DNA of 64,000 nucleotides from NCBI GenBank assembly GCA_965197645.1, contig OZ240219.1, forward strand, positions 1,920,001 to 1,984,000, read 5' to 3'. Below are positions 29,215 through 38,709 of this stretch, one piece after another. A model generated the notes under the pieces. The model made no database searches, was not told the origin of the DNA, and worked only from the letters and a program-made list of their open reading frames with translations. Origin of the DNA: Dehalococcoidia bacterium. Its GTDB lineage: Bacteria; Chloroflexota; Dehalococcoidia; Plut-88900. Position 1 is the first letter of the stretch; each line of letters starts with the position of its first letter. Made by a program: the position numbers and the translations under genes.

Positions 29215-30932
29215 CTGGGCCTCCGCCCCTCTAGGATCTCGATCACGTCGTTCAGATCCTCGCCGGTTAGGGGCACCTGCTCAGCGGGAAGCGTTTCCGG
29301 TTCTGCTTCGGGCAGCACCAGCGTCTCGAAGGGCTTGTGGGAACCGATGCTCGACCCCATCACCAAAGACTCGCCCCTGGTGCGGGTGAAGGGCCGTCGC
29401 GCTACGATCTGGGCCTCCACCCGCTCCGGGTGAACGACCTCGACAGTGACCTGCCGGTAGACCAACTTGCTGGGCACCGACAGGTGAGCCGTGACGACGT
29501 GCTCCGTAACCGTTCCGTCGGCATGCTCCACCGTGACCGTCTTACTGACGGTCCTGCTCACCCCGGGGCGCAGCAGGCTCACCGTTTCGGTGACGTACCC
29601 GGTCCGCTCCCGGTGGTGGGTGAGCCGTACCAGCGGGGGCATGGCGATGCGCAGCGCCGCCTGCAGGTCGGCCTCTATGGTCACTTCGTGAACAGCCGCG
29701 CCCACGGCGACGTCAACCCGGAAGGTCATGTCACCATCTGCGATGAAGGGTACGCTTGCCCGGGAGCCGCCAACGGTTACCGTGACGCCCCCGGTGACGG
29801 CGGTTACCTGGGCCTCCATCAGGGCCGTCTCGGTTACACTCTCGTACCCGGCCACCGTCTGGAGCCTGACCGCCTCCTCCACGGACGGAGCGCAGTCGGA
29901 GCGGACGACGCCGCTGACCTCCGCCGGCGTCCAGCCCAGGGAGACGACCCGCAGATCGCACAGCTCCCCTTCCACCGAGGGCAGGGGATATGGAAGCTGC
30001 AGGTCCCTGAGGGTATAGGCCCCGGCCTGGGACAGGCCGTCCACCCACGAGAAGGTGAGGGACGGCGTCGGGCCGTGCAGGGGCAACGAGTAGTCGGCCC
30101 GCTCCCCCTGTTCAAGTCTCGACGATCTCCAGAACCGCTGCATCCGGCCGTCCGGGCCGCCGTAGGCCCGCACCCTCAGGTACAGGTCGGTGGAGGCCCG
30201 CAGGGTCACCTGGGCCCGGTCTCCGGAGACCTGCAGCCCCTCGACGTAGACCCTCCTACCGGGGACAGGCTCGGGCACCTCGAACTCGATCTCGTCCTGC
30301 CAGTGGTCGTCGGCCGACGCCGCGTGGGGAGCAGCAACGGCAGCCACCGCCAGGGCAACAGCCAGGAACGGAAGCCACTTCCTGGGGGTCTTGTTTCGCC
30401 CGGTTTTGCGGGCCACGACCTCGTCTCCCTTGGTCTTGATCGCGGTCTTCTTCTCCTCTACGACCCCGCGCCGGCGGCGCTTGCCGAACCAGCCGTGGGG
30501 ACGGAAGGGCCGGCGCCCATTGCGGCGCTCTCCCCTTCTGGTCCTCTTCAGCCTGTCAAGGCCGCGGCCCAGACGTTTAGCCAGGAGGCCGAGGGAACCG
30601 GGTTTGCTCTGCACCGGCGGGGGTGGCTCGCTGCGCACCAGCTGGGCCGGAGGCCCGGCGTAGCGCCGCGCCCCCAGCCGGAACCGCAGCAGGTCGGCGA
30701 CCACCAGCGGCAGACGCCTTCCCCCGATCCTCCCCACGATGGTCGCCACCCCCGCCAGGCCCTGGACGACGGCCAGCGCTATCCTGGCCTCCGCCGGGCC
30801 CAGCGGGGCGTAGCGGTATACGCCGTAGGAGAGGGCGCACACCGCCGTCAGGGCGACGATCTGTGGAAAGGTGAACCACAGCAGCACCCGGTCCTCGGCC
30901 TGCACGTGGGTCGGCACCTCGTGCTCTCTCAT
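29211..30932 (-). CDS. PrgI-like membrane protein with a large extracellular domain
   Basis: HEVPTHVQAEDRVLLWFTFPQI PrgI-like N-terminus, TM segments, and a second signal-like segment. Confidence 0.6.
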   Translation of the reverse strand: MREHEVPTHVQAEDRVLLWFTFPQIVALTAVCALSYGVYRYAPLGPAEARIALAVVQGLAGVATIVGRIGGRRLPLVVADLLRFRLGARRYAGPPAQLVRSEPPPPVQSKPGSLGLLAKRLGRGLDRLKRTRRGERRNGRRPFRPHGWFGKRRRRGVVEEKKTAIKTKGDEVVARKTGRNKTPRKWLPFLAVALAVAAVAAPHAASADDHWQDEIEFEVPEPVPGRRVYVEGLQVSGDRAQVTLRASTDLYLRVRAYGGPDGRMQRFWRSSRLEQGERADYSLPLHGPTPSLTFSWVDGLSQAGAYTLRDLQLPYPLPSVEGELCDLRVVSLGWTPAEVSGVVRSDCAPSVEEAVRLQTVAGYESVTETALMEAQVTAVTGGVTVTVGGSRASVPFIADGDMTFRVDVAVGAAVHEVTIEADLQAALRIAMPPLVRLTHHRERTGYVTETVSLLRPGVSRTVSKTVTVEHADGTVTEHVVTAHLSVPSKLVYRQVTVEVVHPERVEAQIVARRPFTRTRGESLVMGSSIGSHKPFETLVLPEAEPETLPAEQVPLTGEDLNDVIEILEGRRPR

Positions 30933-30945
30933 CTCTCTCCTCCCT

Positions 30946-31296
30946 CTATCTCGGTCCAGGGCCTGTGGCGGGGCCGGGGCCAGGGGCGGTACCGCCGCCC
31001 CCGTCGCCGGACCCGCTGCTGCCGACGCTGGTCGTGGGCTCGGGCAGGTCGGGGTCCACCGGCGATCCCACCACGGCGTTCATCACCAGTTCGACGATCC
31101 CGTAGGCCACCATCGCCAGCACCACGCCGGCTACGGCGGTCATCATCGCCGACTTGCCCCGCTCCATCTGGTGGGGCGCCCCGGATGCCGTCAGGTACAG
31201 GTAGGCCCCGTAGACGAAGTAGCCCACGCCCACCGCTCCCACGACCCCCAGCAGGATGCCCACGATGTTGGATATGGTCTGGGTAAGGTCATCCAT
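30946..31296 (-). CDS. TrbC/VirB2-like pilin
   Basis: YFVYGAYLYLTASGAPHQMERGKSAMMTAVAG pilin pattern. Confidence 0.75.
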   Translation of the reverse strand: MDDLTQTISNIVGILLGVVGAVGVGYFVYGAYLYLTASGAPHQMERGKSAMMTAVAGVVLAMVAYGIVELVMNAVVGSPVDPDLPEPTTSVGSSGSGDGGGGTAPGPGPATGPGPR

Positions 31297-31439
31297 TCCT
31301 TTTTCTCCTGTCTGCTTTCGTTTTTTCTCCTAGCTACCGGTCGGCTCAATCTGTTTACTTGCACATCTCCCCACCTCCTCTGCGTGATGATTGCTTTACG
31401 CTGCAGTTGTCGTATATCTCCGCTCATGCGTTGTTGTCG

Positions 31440-32417
31440 TCACTCGCGGGCGCTCCTGGGCGCTGCCCCACCCTGTCCCCCACTCGCTGGGGTGGCCATC
31501 TCCGCCATCGACCGGATGCCGGAAGAGGCCGCCGACACACCGGCTCCCGCAGCCGCTGCTCCCGCCGCCATCCCGCCCGGGCCTCCGGCGGCCCCGCCGG
31601 CCAGCAGGCCGAGGGTTTTTGCCGACCGCATCAACGTCCCGGGCAGCGAGAAGCCGAAGTAGAGCGCGCTCAGCCAGGAGTCGAAGGTGCCGGCGTTGCC
31701 CATCATCGAGGGCACACGGGTGGCCATGTAGACGAAGGCCAGCGACATCAGAAGCTTCCACGCCAGGTCCCGCACCGGCTCCACGTCGCCTATGCCGGCG
31801 AACTCCCCCAGGAACCCGAACCCCAGGGCCAGGGCGATGAGCTGCACCGCCTGCTGGAACACCGTGGTCATGAAGAGCCGCAGCCAGTGGCGGCCCCAGC
31901 CCGCCGTGTGGGGCAGGATCCACAGCCCCAGGGCGATGGGCGCCAGTGCCAGCAGGATGTCGATCAGCGCCAGGCGCAGGATCATCTGCACCAGCACATA
32001 TAGGACGAAGAATCCGTAGATCAGATAGAGGAGGGCCATGAACAAGGCCATGCCCACGCTGCCCGTCTCCACCGCAACCAGCAGCGTCTTCAACGCCGTT
32101 CGCAGGAGGTCACCCGCGGTGACGTCCAGGGAGACGGCGATGAAGCCGGAGACGGCGTCGGCGATATCGATGACGAGGGCGCACCACCACAGGGAGGTGG
32201 CGGCGGCAACCAGGCCCAGCACCAGCCTCGGCACCATCTCCCGCCAGCCGGCTTGAGACTGTCCCAGGTGGTGCTGCATGATGAGGCTCAGCCCCATCCA
32301 GCCCAGGATGAGGACCAGGACGCCCGAGGTTATCGCCCAGACGACGGCCCACGCCTCCCTCACCAGGGGGTGCAGGTAGGTCAGTTCCGGGGGCGTGCCG
32401 GTGAGGATGTCGGTCAT
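31440..32417 (-). CDS. TrbL/VirB6-like conjugation membrane protein
   Basis: Multiple TM segments, RLALIDILLALAPIAL...W..LF motif, and a Gly/Ala-rich tail. Confidence 0.75.
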   Translation of the reverse strand: MTDILTGTPPELTYLHPLVREAWAVVWAITSGVLVLILGWMGLSLIMQHHLGQSQAGWREMVPRLVLGLVAAATSLWWCALVIDIADAVSGFIAVSLDVTAGDLLRTALKTLLVAVETGSVGMALFMALLYLIYGFFVLYVLVQMILRLALIDILLALAPIALGLWILPHTAGWGRHWLRLFMTTVFQQAVQLIALALGFGFLGEFAGIGDVEPVRDLAWKLLMSLAFVYMATRVPSMMGNAGTFDSWLSALYFGFSLPGTLMRSAKTLGLLAGGAAGGPGGMAAGAAAAGAGVSAASSGIRSMAEMATPASGGQGGAAPRSARE

Positions 32418-33037
32418 CCGCCGCCGTCCTCCCGGCAGTCCTCGGCGTCCCGGCCGCTGGCCTTTTCCACCACGCCGCACAGGGTCCCGTGGGTCCCCTC
32501 CACGGTCCAGCGGGCCAGGGCCCTGCCCCACTGTCCGGGGTCGAAGGCCCTCAGCACCCGGTCCCACAGTCCGCCGGGTTGGTGCACCGGGATGATCGTG
32601 TAGAAGGTGCGGATCTCACCGCTGCCCAGGTCCCGGGGCATCAGCACCAGCAGGTAGGCTCGCTCCGGGTCCAGTACCTCCTGGTCGTCTTCGAAGGGGT
32701 ACTCGAAGGCGTACTCCCAGCCGTCCCTCCGCTCCTTCTCTCCCTCCCGGACCCCGTACACGGTGGTGAGCCACTCTCCCGTGTCGGGGTGGCGTACCGA
32801 GTAGTAGAGGGCGGCGGGCTTGCGGTCGAAGACGGGCCTTGCGATGAAGCGCCCGTCCTTCTTCCTCTCGACGAAGTCCTCGTCCCCGTTGACCAGCTGC
32901 ACGCCCTCGACGGGCGGGTCCTGGGCGAGGGCCACGTTGCTCGACGGGACCGCCACAAGGGCCGCCAGCAGCATCGCTGCGGTTAGGCGCAGGAGCAGCT
33001 TGGCTTTGGGGACGGCTGTTCTCGACTGCAGTGTCAT
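32414..33037 (-). CDS. Secreted hypothetical protein, first gene of the tra operon
   Basis: GAGG RBS, signal peptide (LLRLTAAMLLAALVAV...ALA-Q), ATGA overlap with the VirB6-like gene. Confidence 0.65.
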   Translation of the reverse strand: MTLQSRTAVPKAKLLLRLTAAMLLAALVAVPSSNVALAQDPPVEGVQLVNGDEDFVERKKDGRFIARPVFDRKPAALYYSVRHPDTGEWLTTVYGVREGEKERRDGWEYAFEYPFEDDQEVLDPERAYLLVLMPRDLGSGEIRTFYTIIPVHQPGGLWDRVLRAFDPGQWGRALARWTVEGTHGTLCGVVEKASGRDAEDCREDGGG

Positions 33038-33232
33038 GGATACCTCTTTACTCGTTAGAACATGGGTGCTATCCAGCGAGTGTGGGAGTTCCCCTATGCC
33101 GAGCGGTATCCCCTGGAGGGGATTTCTTTGGTGTAGTCCCCTCCGAGCCACTTCACGCATGAGACCCCTTCCGGGGGATTACACGGCGCTTGGCCGGTGT
33201 GATGTCATCGGGGTGTACAGGGATTTGGGTTA

Positions 33233-33436
33233 GTTCCCAAAAGGGAAGTGAGGTAGTTTTCAAAGCTAATTCGGGGGGGCATAGGCCCCCTACAGGAGGG
33301 GGAGAGAGAACACTTTTTCTTAAGTGCTCATTCCGGGCCGAGTGGACAGCTCCAGCCACGAAAGTTCCCGAAAGGGAACCGGCAACAACCGGGCGGGACT
33401 TCCCACCCCCAGCCGTGAGAGTTCCCGAAAGGGAAG
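33233..33436. promoter_or_regulatory. Three palindromic GTTCCC-RAAA-GGGAA boxes in the divergent intergenic region
   Basis: Copies at 33233-33247, 33364-33378 and 33421-33435. Confidence 0.6.
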
Positions 33437-33453
33437 TGAAGAAGGAGAGACGG

Positions 33454-34296
33454 ATGAAGGACGAGCGTAGGACCGCCGATGAGGGCGAAAGAGTGGAGAA
33501 CCCTCGGTACCTGCGGCTTACGACACTGCTGCGGGACCTGGTCCGCAGGGAGGGTCGCATGGAGGCGGCCGAGATGCTGGGTATCAACTACAAGACCCTG
33601 GCCAGGGCCATCGAGTCGGGCAACCTCACGCCCCGGCTGTCCGATGCCCTGGAGCGCCGGGTGCTGGAGGACGAGGAATCGACGGCGGCCCGGCAACAGC
33701 AGCGGATCGAGGCTCTGGAGCAGAGAGTGGAGTCGTTGGAGAATGAGCTGCGGGGCGGCCTCGAGGAGCTCAGAGCCGCCGTGCAGCAGAAGGATCAGGC
33801 CCCACGGGACGAAAGCACGGGAGAAGAGGCGCAGGTCGCTCCTCTACCCGCACCGATCAACAAACATCCGGCGGCTCCTCACTTGCCGGACGCCGGCCCG
33901 ATTGGGTCGGAACCGGGGTCGTTGAAGTGGGCGCCTCACCGCCGGTTGGACCCCCTGGTGGTTCCCGAGGAGCCGGAGCCCGACGACGAGGAGGTCTATG
34001 GCCTGGCCTGGCCGTTTATCGAGGAGTGGCGCAGGCTCAGGAGGGGCCACCCCCACCGGGGCAGAAGCCTGTCCTGGCTGGTAACGGAGGAGTGCATCTT
34101 GGGGTTGGAGCTGGCGATGCTGGAGGCGCATGGGCTGACGTTGCCCCCGGAGGTGCAGCCGCTGCGGGGCTTCGGGCGCAACGGCCAGATCAACTGGCGA
34201 AGGACGGCGCTCTACGATACCCGGAAAGCGCTGGCGAGGCGGGAGCTGCTGCGGTGGGTGCGGAGAACGCTGACCCTGGGGCTGTGGTGGAGGTAG
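33454..34296 (+). CDS. Hypothetical protein with an N-terminal HTH-like motif and coiled coil
   Basis: AAEMLGINYKTLARAIESG, heptad region IEALEQRVESLENEL, AAGGAG RBS. Confidence 0.65.
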   Translation: MKDERRTADEGERVENPRYLRLTTLLRDLVRREGRMEAAEMLGINYKTLARAIESGNLTPRLSDALERRVLEDEESTAARQQQRIEALEQRVESLENELRGGLEELRAAVQQKDQAPRDESTGEEAQVAPLPAPINKHPAAPHLPDAGPIGSEPGSLKWAPHRRLDPLVVPEEPEPDDEEVYGLAWPFIEEWRRLRRGHPHRGRSLSWLVTEECILGLELAMLEAHGLTLPPEVQPLRGFGRNGQINWRRTALYDTRKALARRELLRWVRRTLTLGLWWR

Positions 34297-34901
34297 CCGT
34301 TTCGGGGGGCGCTTAGGATTTCAATGATACAAAGCCAACACTTTGCTTCGAGGAGACACGGACCCCTGGACAATAGCACGAATGTTCTATGATAATGGTT
34401 CTACTGTCAGGCTTTACCAGTGTTTCCCGCCCTAGAAACCTGGAGGGTCCCGTCCCTGACCCGGCAACGACCGCTTAGGATCGAGCACTGCTCTCCGAAC
34501 GGTCTACCATGAGGGATACGCACTCCGCTGCGTCAAACGGTCGAGGGGTTGAGCACTGCTCCTCTGAGGGCTGTTTCAAAGGCGGGGAAGACCCTGGGGG
34601 CAGTGTGCCATGCGCCGAGACCGTTCTCTGAAGACTGTCGCATGGCTCAGGAGGGTTGGCGATGGGATATCCGTGCTCTGGCCTCAGGTCCCCTGGCAGG
34701 CTGACCACCTCCCTCGATAGCAGCTCTCCCGTGGTCGAATTCTCGAAGAATTACCCTGGGCGAGCTACGTCTTCTTCACCCACTCCGTCTTCCGAGTTCG
34801 GCATCCGAACGTGGACGGGGTGCGTTCTTCGTCAACCGGTTCTACACAACATGGCCCATGCCCCGGATGCCGGCACGGTCAGCTACAGAAAGGAGGCGTC
34901 G

Positions 34902-35174
34902 ATGCACGCCAGGAAAGAAGTTCCAAAGATCATGGCCGCAGTCGCCGCGATGGGTAGGTTCCTGCGGCGGAGAAAGAGGGCGGTGATTGCGCTGCTGGTG
35001 ATAGGGCCCCTGCTGCTGACAGGCAACCTGGATGTCTTCATCCTGAACCTGGTCGGCTTAGGCTTCGGGGCGCTTCTGCTCCGGCAGATGACACTGTCCA
35101 GGACGGGGAGACGGATGGCAGCGCAACGCCAGACGGCGGAAACAACGGTACAAACAGATAGGAGGACACGATGA
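34902..35174 (+). CDS. Small membrane protein
   Basis: AGGAGG RBS, two hydrophobic segments, ATGA coupling to the next gene. Confidence 0.55.
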   Translation: MHARKEVPKIMAAVAAMGRFLRRRKRAVIALLVIGPLLLTGNLDVFILNLVGLGFGALLLRQMTLSRTGRRMAAQRQTAETTVQTDRRTR

Positions 35175-35650
35175 CGACGGCAGCGCTAACAATGAACAAC
35201 CGGACGCTGTCAGGACCGCGGCCCAGCCTGGAACAGCTGGTCGACCGGCTGATAGCGGTCCTGTTCAGGGACGAGCCGGAAACGGCGGAGGCCACGGCAG
35301 CGCCAGCCCGGAGCGTGGCCCGCAGCGTGCATGAAGCGCGGCGGCTGCGGCAAGCGGGGGAGACCGACTCCGCACTGGCGGTCTTCGGCAACATGGATTT
35401 GGAGAAGGCGACACCGGCGGAGGCTCGGTGGGCCTTCTCCGAGTGGATGCAGCTTGTAAGGAGGCGGCGGTTCGGAGACCGGGACGCCCTTGTCTACAGC
35501 CAGGGCACGGGCAGGGCCGCTGCGCTGGTCCCCACCTCCGATGGCGACATTCTGGAGGTCGCCGCCGTCCTGGGGATGCGCTGGCGGACCGGCAAGCTCG
35601 TCTCGCGGCGCAGCCTGCGAGGACTCAGGTCCCTGAACAGGGGTGGGTGA
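35171..35650 (+). CDS. Hypothetical protein
   Basis: GGAGG RBS, coupled to both neighbours. Confidence 0.6.
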   Translation: MTTAALTMNNRTLSGPRPSLEQLVDRLIAVLFRDEPETAEATAAPARSVARSVHEARRLRQAGETDSALAVFGNMDLEKATPAEARWAFSEWMQLVRRRRFGDRDALVYSQGTGRAAALVPTSDGDILEVAAVLGMRWRTGKLVSRRSLRGLRSLNRGG

Positions 35651-36741
35651 TGGTCTCGGCCAACGTGGACATCCCCACCCTGAAGGCCCGGCACCCACTG
35701 GGAGACACGGTGGAGGCCGCCGGGGTGCGGCTGAGGGGAAGTGGCCGGGTCCGCCAGGGCGTCTGCCCCTTCCACGACGAGGGCGAGGGCAGCTTCACGG
35801 TCTACGCGGACTCGGAGCGGTTCTACTGCTTCGGGTGCGGTGAAGGGGGCGACGTGCTGGATTTCGTGCAGCGGACCGAGAACCTCAGCCTGCAGGATGC
35901 GATCCGGCATCTTGACGCCAGCCCTAGACTTGCTTCCGGGGTTGTCCCTTGTTCCACTCCCACACGGCTGCCCAGGACGGAGACGTTTCCTCCTCGCGAC
36001 CCGGCACTCCTGACGGCGGCGGCCAGGTTCTACGCCGCCCAACTTCGCCGTGGTCCGGAGGGGCGGGAGTACCTGGCATCCCGGGGGATCTTCCCCACTG
36101 CCGCCCTGCGTCTTGGCCTCGGCTATGCTTCCGGGACCGGTCTGCGCGAGGCCCTGGAGTCCAACGCTTTCTCTGAGAAGCACATCCGGGACTCGGGGTT
36201 GTTCACCGAGCGGGGAGCAGAACGGTTCGCCGGGATGGTAGTGGTTCCCGACCTCTCAGGTTGCCTCGTCCGCTGGCTTGCGGGCCGGGCGGTGGACCCG
36301 GAGGCCAGGCCCCGGTTCCAGGCGCTGCCCGGCCCCAAACCGGTGCTTGGGCTTGGACGCCTCGGCCCCGCTCCCGATTGGGTGGTCGTGGCCGAGGGCG
36401 TCTTCGACTGGCTTGTGCTTGGCTCCTGGGGCCTGCCGGCCTGCGCCGCCCTGGGCACCCAGGGTGTTGAGCGTGTCGCCCAAGCCCTGCGAGGGTGCCC
36501 CCGTGTCTTCCTTGCCTTCGACAACGACGAAGCGGGCCTTGAGGCCACGGAGCGACTTGCGTCTTTGCTTGGAAGACGCTCCGCTCCCGTCACCCTTCCC
36601 CAGGGCGTCGGCGACGTGGCCGAACTCGCCGTCCTTCCCCAGGGCCGCACCCTCTTGCTGCACTTGCTTGCACGGGCTGCCCGTTCCACCCGGTACCTCT
36701 CGGCTACTTCCCCCAAGCGACCTCCCTCCACCGGGGCTTGA
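35650..36741 (+). CDS. DnaG-like primase (CHC2 zinc finger plus Toprim)
   Basis: CPFHDE...FYCFGCG, AEGVFD and FDNDEAG motifs. Confidence 0.88.
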   Translation: MVSANVDIPTLKARHPLGDTVEAAGVRLRGSGRVRQGVCPFHDEGEGSFTVYADSERFYCFGCGEGGDVLDFVQRTENLSLQDAIRHLDASPRLASGVVPCSTPTRLPRTETFPPRDPALLTAAARFYAAQLRRGPEGREYLASRGIFPTAALRLGLGYASGTGLREALESNAFSEKHIRDSGLFTERGAERFAGMVVVPDLSGCLVRWLAGRAVDPEARPRFQALPGPKPVLGLGRLGPAPDWVVVAEGVFDWLVLGSWGLPACAALGTQGVERVAQALRGCPRVFLAFDNDEAGLEATERLASLLGRRSAPVTLPQGVGDVAELAVLPQGRTLLLHLLARAARSTRYLSATSPKRPPSTGA

Positions 36742-36892
36742 CCCGGATTGCCTCTTGCTTGCGGGACTCTCTCCCGCCCCGGAGGACCTATACCCAAGCC
36801 ACGACGGGCCTTGCCCGCTCACGGATTCCCCTGCGGGAGTCCGCACCGGCCATTCGATACGAGAACCAGACATCACACCAAGGAGGACCACC

Positions 36893-37783
36893 ATGTCCAA
36901 CGGCAACAACGGACGCAACGACAACGGGACCGGCAAGGGGCTGGTCCAGGTCAACGGAACGCACCACGACCCCGCCGTCATCGACGGCCACGACCTGCTC
37001 TGGGACGGTCTTGCCCCCGCGGTCACCAAGGCGCTGGAACAGCCCCTGGACCCCGCCCTCGTCTCCCAGCGCAAGGGCCGGGGCCGCAAGGTCTTCGACT
37101 ACCTGGAAGGCCACGTGGTGATCGACCAGGCCAACAAGCTCTTCGGCTACGGGGGCTGGGGCTACGGGCTGGCGGGGGACGTTACCCTGCGCCGGATCGA
37201 GGCCCTCGATACCAAGACCGGAGAGGTGAAGGTCTCCCACGCCTACAGCGCCCCGGTGCGAGTCACCGTGCCCGGCGCCCCACCCCGTACCGACACCGGT
37301 TTCCACGCAGTGGCCGAGGATACCGCCGAGGGCCACGAGACGGCGATCAAAGGGGCCGTGACCGACGGCATGAAGCGGGCCCTGCGCAGCTTCGGCGACA
37401 GGTTCGGCAACGGCCTCTACGGCGACCCTCCGGCAAGCACGGGAAAGGCCCGGCAGCCCCAGGAGGGCAAAGGCCGCAGCACCTCTAGCCAAACGACCAA
37501 AGAGTCCGGCGCCACACCCCTGCCACAGCGCATCCCCGCCGGGGCCAAGGGGGTGTTCAGCCCGGTGCCGGGCAACGACCAGGACGAGACCCACGTGCTC
37601 CACCTGCGCAAGCGGCTCATCGAGCTGGGAGTGGAGCAGGGGTTCGACGAGGAACGGGTGCGGACCGCCGTGCGCAACAGGACGGGCCGTGACCTGGACG
37701 ACCTGATGGCGGATGAGCTGACGCCCCTGGTTGAGGGAGCGACCCAGAGGCTGCACCAGATGCAGAACGGCGACGTTGCGTGA
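36893..37783 (+). CDS. Rad52/Rad22 (Sak-like) single-strand annealing protein
   Basis: YLEGHVVIDQANKLFGYGGW and KGAVTDGMKRALRSFGDRFGNGLY motifs, with AGGAGG RBS. Confidence 0.88.
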   Translation: MSNGNNGRNDNGTGKGLVQVNGTHHDPAVIDGHDLLWDGLAPAVTKALEQPLDPALVSQRKGRGRKVFDYLEGHVVIDQANKLFGYGGWGYGLAGDVTLRRIEALDTKTGEVKVSHAYSAPVRVTVPGAPPRTDTGFHAVAEDTAEGHETAIKGAVTDGMKRALRSFGDRFGNGLYGDPPASTGKARQPQEGKGRSTSSQTTKESGATPLPQRIPAGAKGVFSPVPGNDQDETHVLHLRKRLIELGVEQGFDEERVRTAVRNRTGRDLDDLMADELTPLVEGATQRLHQMQNGDVA

Positions 37784-37868
37784 GCCCTTCCCAAGACATG
37801 GAGCTGGGACCGTCTCCTCCGAGCGGCTCCGCTCACCACTACAGGACAAGGAGAAAAGGAGGCACTTG

Positions 37869-38201
37869 ATGACGAGCACGACACTGCACACCCCCTGGGG
37901 ACCTCCCCAGGAGATCGTAGAGCTGGCCGAAGGCGTGCTGAGGGTCTCGACGGCGAGCCACGGCGGTTTGAAGCTCAGCCCGGAGCGCTGGGCGGAGCTG
38001 CCCGACGAGGTCCGGAACTCGATGCTCAACCCGACCTTCGCCGAGGAGGACTGCGAGGAGCCCATCGTGAAGACACTCCTGGGCCTGGGCGACGAGTGGG
38101 AGAGAGGATGGGCCCTCGCGATAGCTGGCTACTTCGGCCGCTACGTCCCGGCGCTACCCCATCTACAGAAGAAGGAGGAAGACCATGCCCACAAAAACTA
38201 G
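37869..38201 (+). CDS. DUF7007-like protein
   Basis: TPWG...VSTASHGG...EEDCE motif. Confidence 0.7.
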   Translation: MTSTTLHTPWGPPQEIVELAEGVLRVSTASHGGLKLSPERWAELPDEVRNSMLNPTFAEEDCEEPIVKTLLGLGDEWERGWALAIAGYFGRYVPALPHLQKKEEDHAHKN

Positions 38202-38610
38202 GCCCAGGCCGCGAAGCCTGCCCAGCACCACCACCAAGCTGCAGACCGAGTACGGGAACCTCTACGTCACCGTCTCCACCGACGAGGACGGCGCTCCCTT
38301 CGAGGTCTTCGGCTGGCTGGGCAAGGGGGGTTCCTTCCAACACGGGGTTACCGAGCTGGCCTGCCGCCTGGTCTCCCTGCACCTGCGGCGGGGAACTCCC
38401 GTCGAGGAGATCATCGACCAGATAGGTGGCATACAGGAGATGCAGCCCTTCGCCAACCGGATGCCGGACGGCGCCACTGCGTGGGTGCTGGGCCTGGGCG
38501 ACGGCATTGCCCACGTCCTCAGGGCCCACGTGAAGGCCGATGAGAAGGAGGTGGATGTGGAATCGGAGGAGGTGGAGGAGACGAAGGCCGGAGCAACCAA
38601 GGCCGTCTGA
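38185..38610 (+). CDS. Stand-alone TSCPD domain (class II ribonucleotide reductase C-terminal-like)
   Basis: RPRSL..TT.K..T.YGNLYVTV...PFEVF..LGKGG...RLVSL.LR.G...EEIIDQ. Confidence 0.8.
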   Translation: MPTKTRPRPRSLPSTTTKLQTEYGNLYVTVSTDEDGAPFEVFGWLGKGGSFQHGVTELACRLVSLHLRRGTPVEEIIDQIGGIQEMQPFANRMPDGATAWVLGLGDGIAHVLRAHVKADEKEVDVESEEVEETKAGATKAV

Positions 38611-38709
38611 GTAGCACAGACAACGGAACGTGAGACCGCAACGGGGCCATCTCTTCAGAGACGGCCCCGCTTTTCGTCTAAAGGACAGGACAAGAGAAGG
38701 AGGAAAGAG

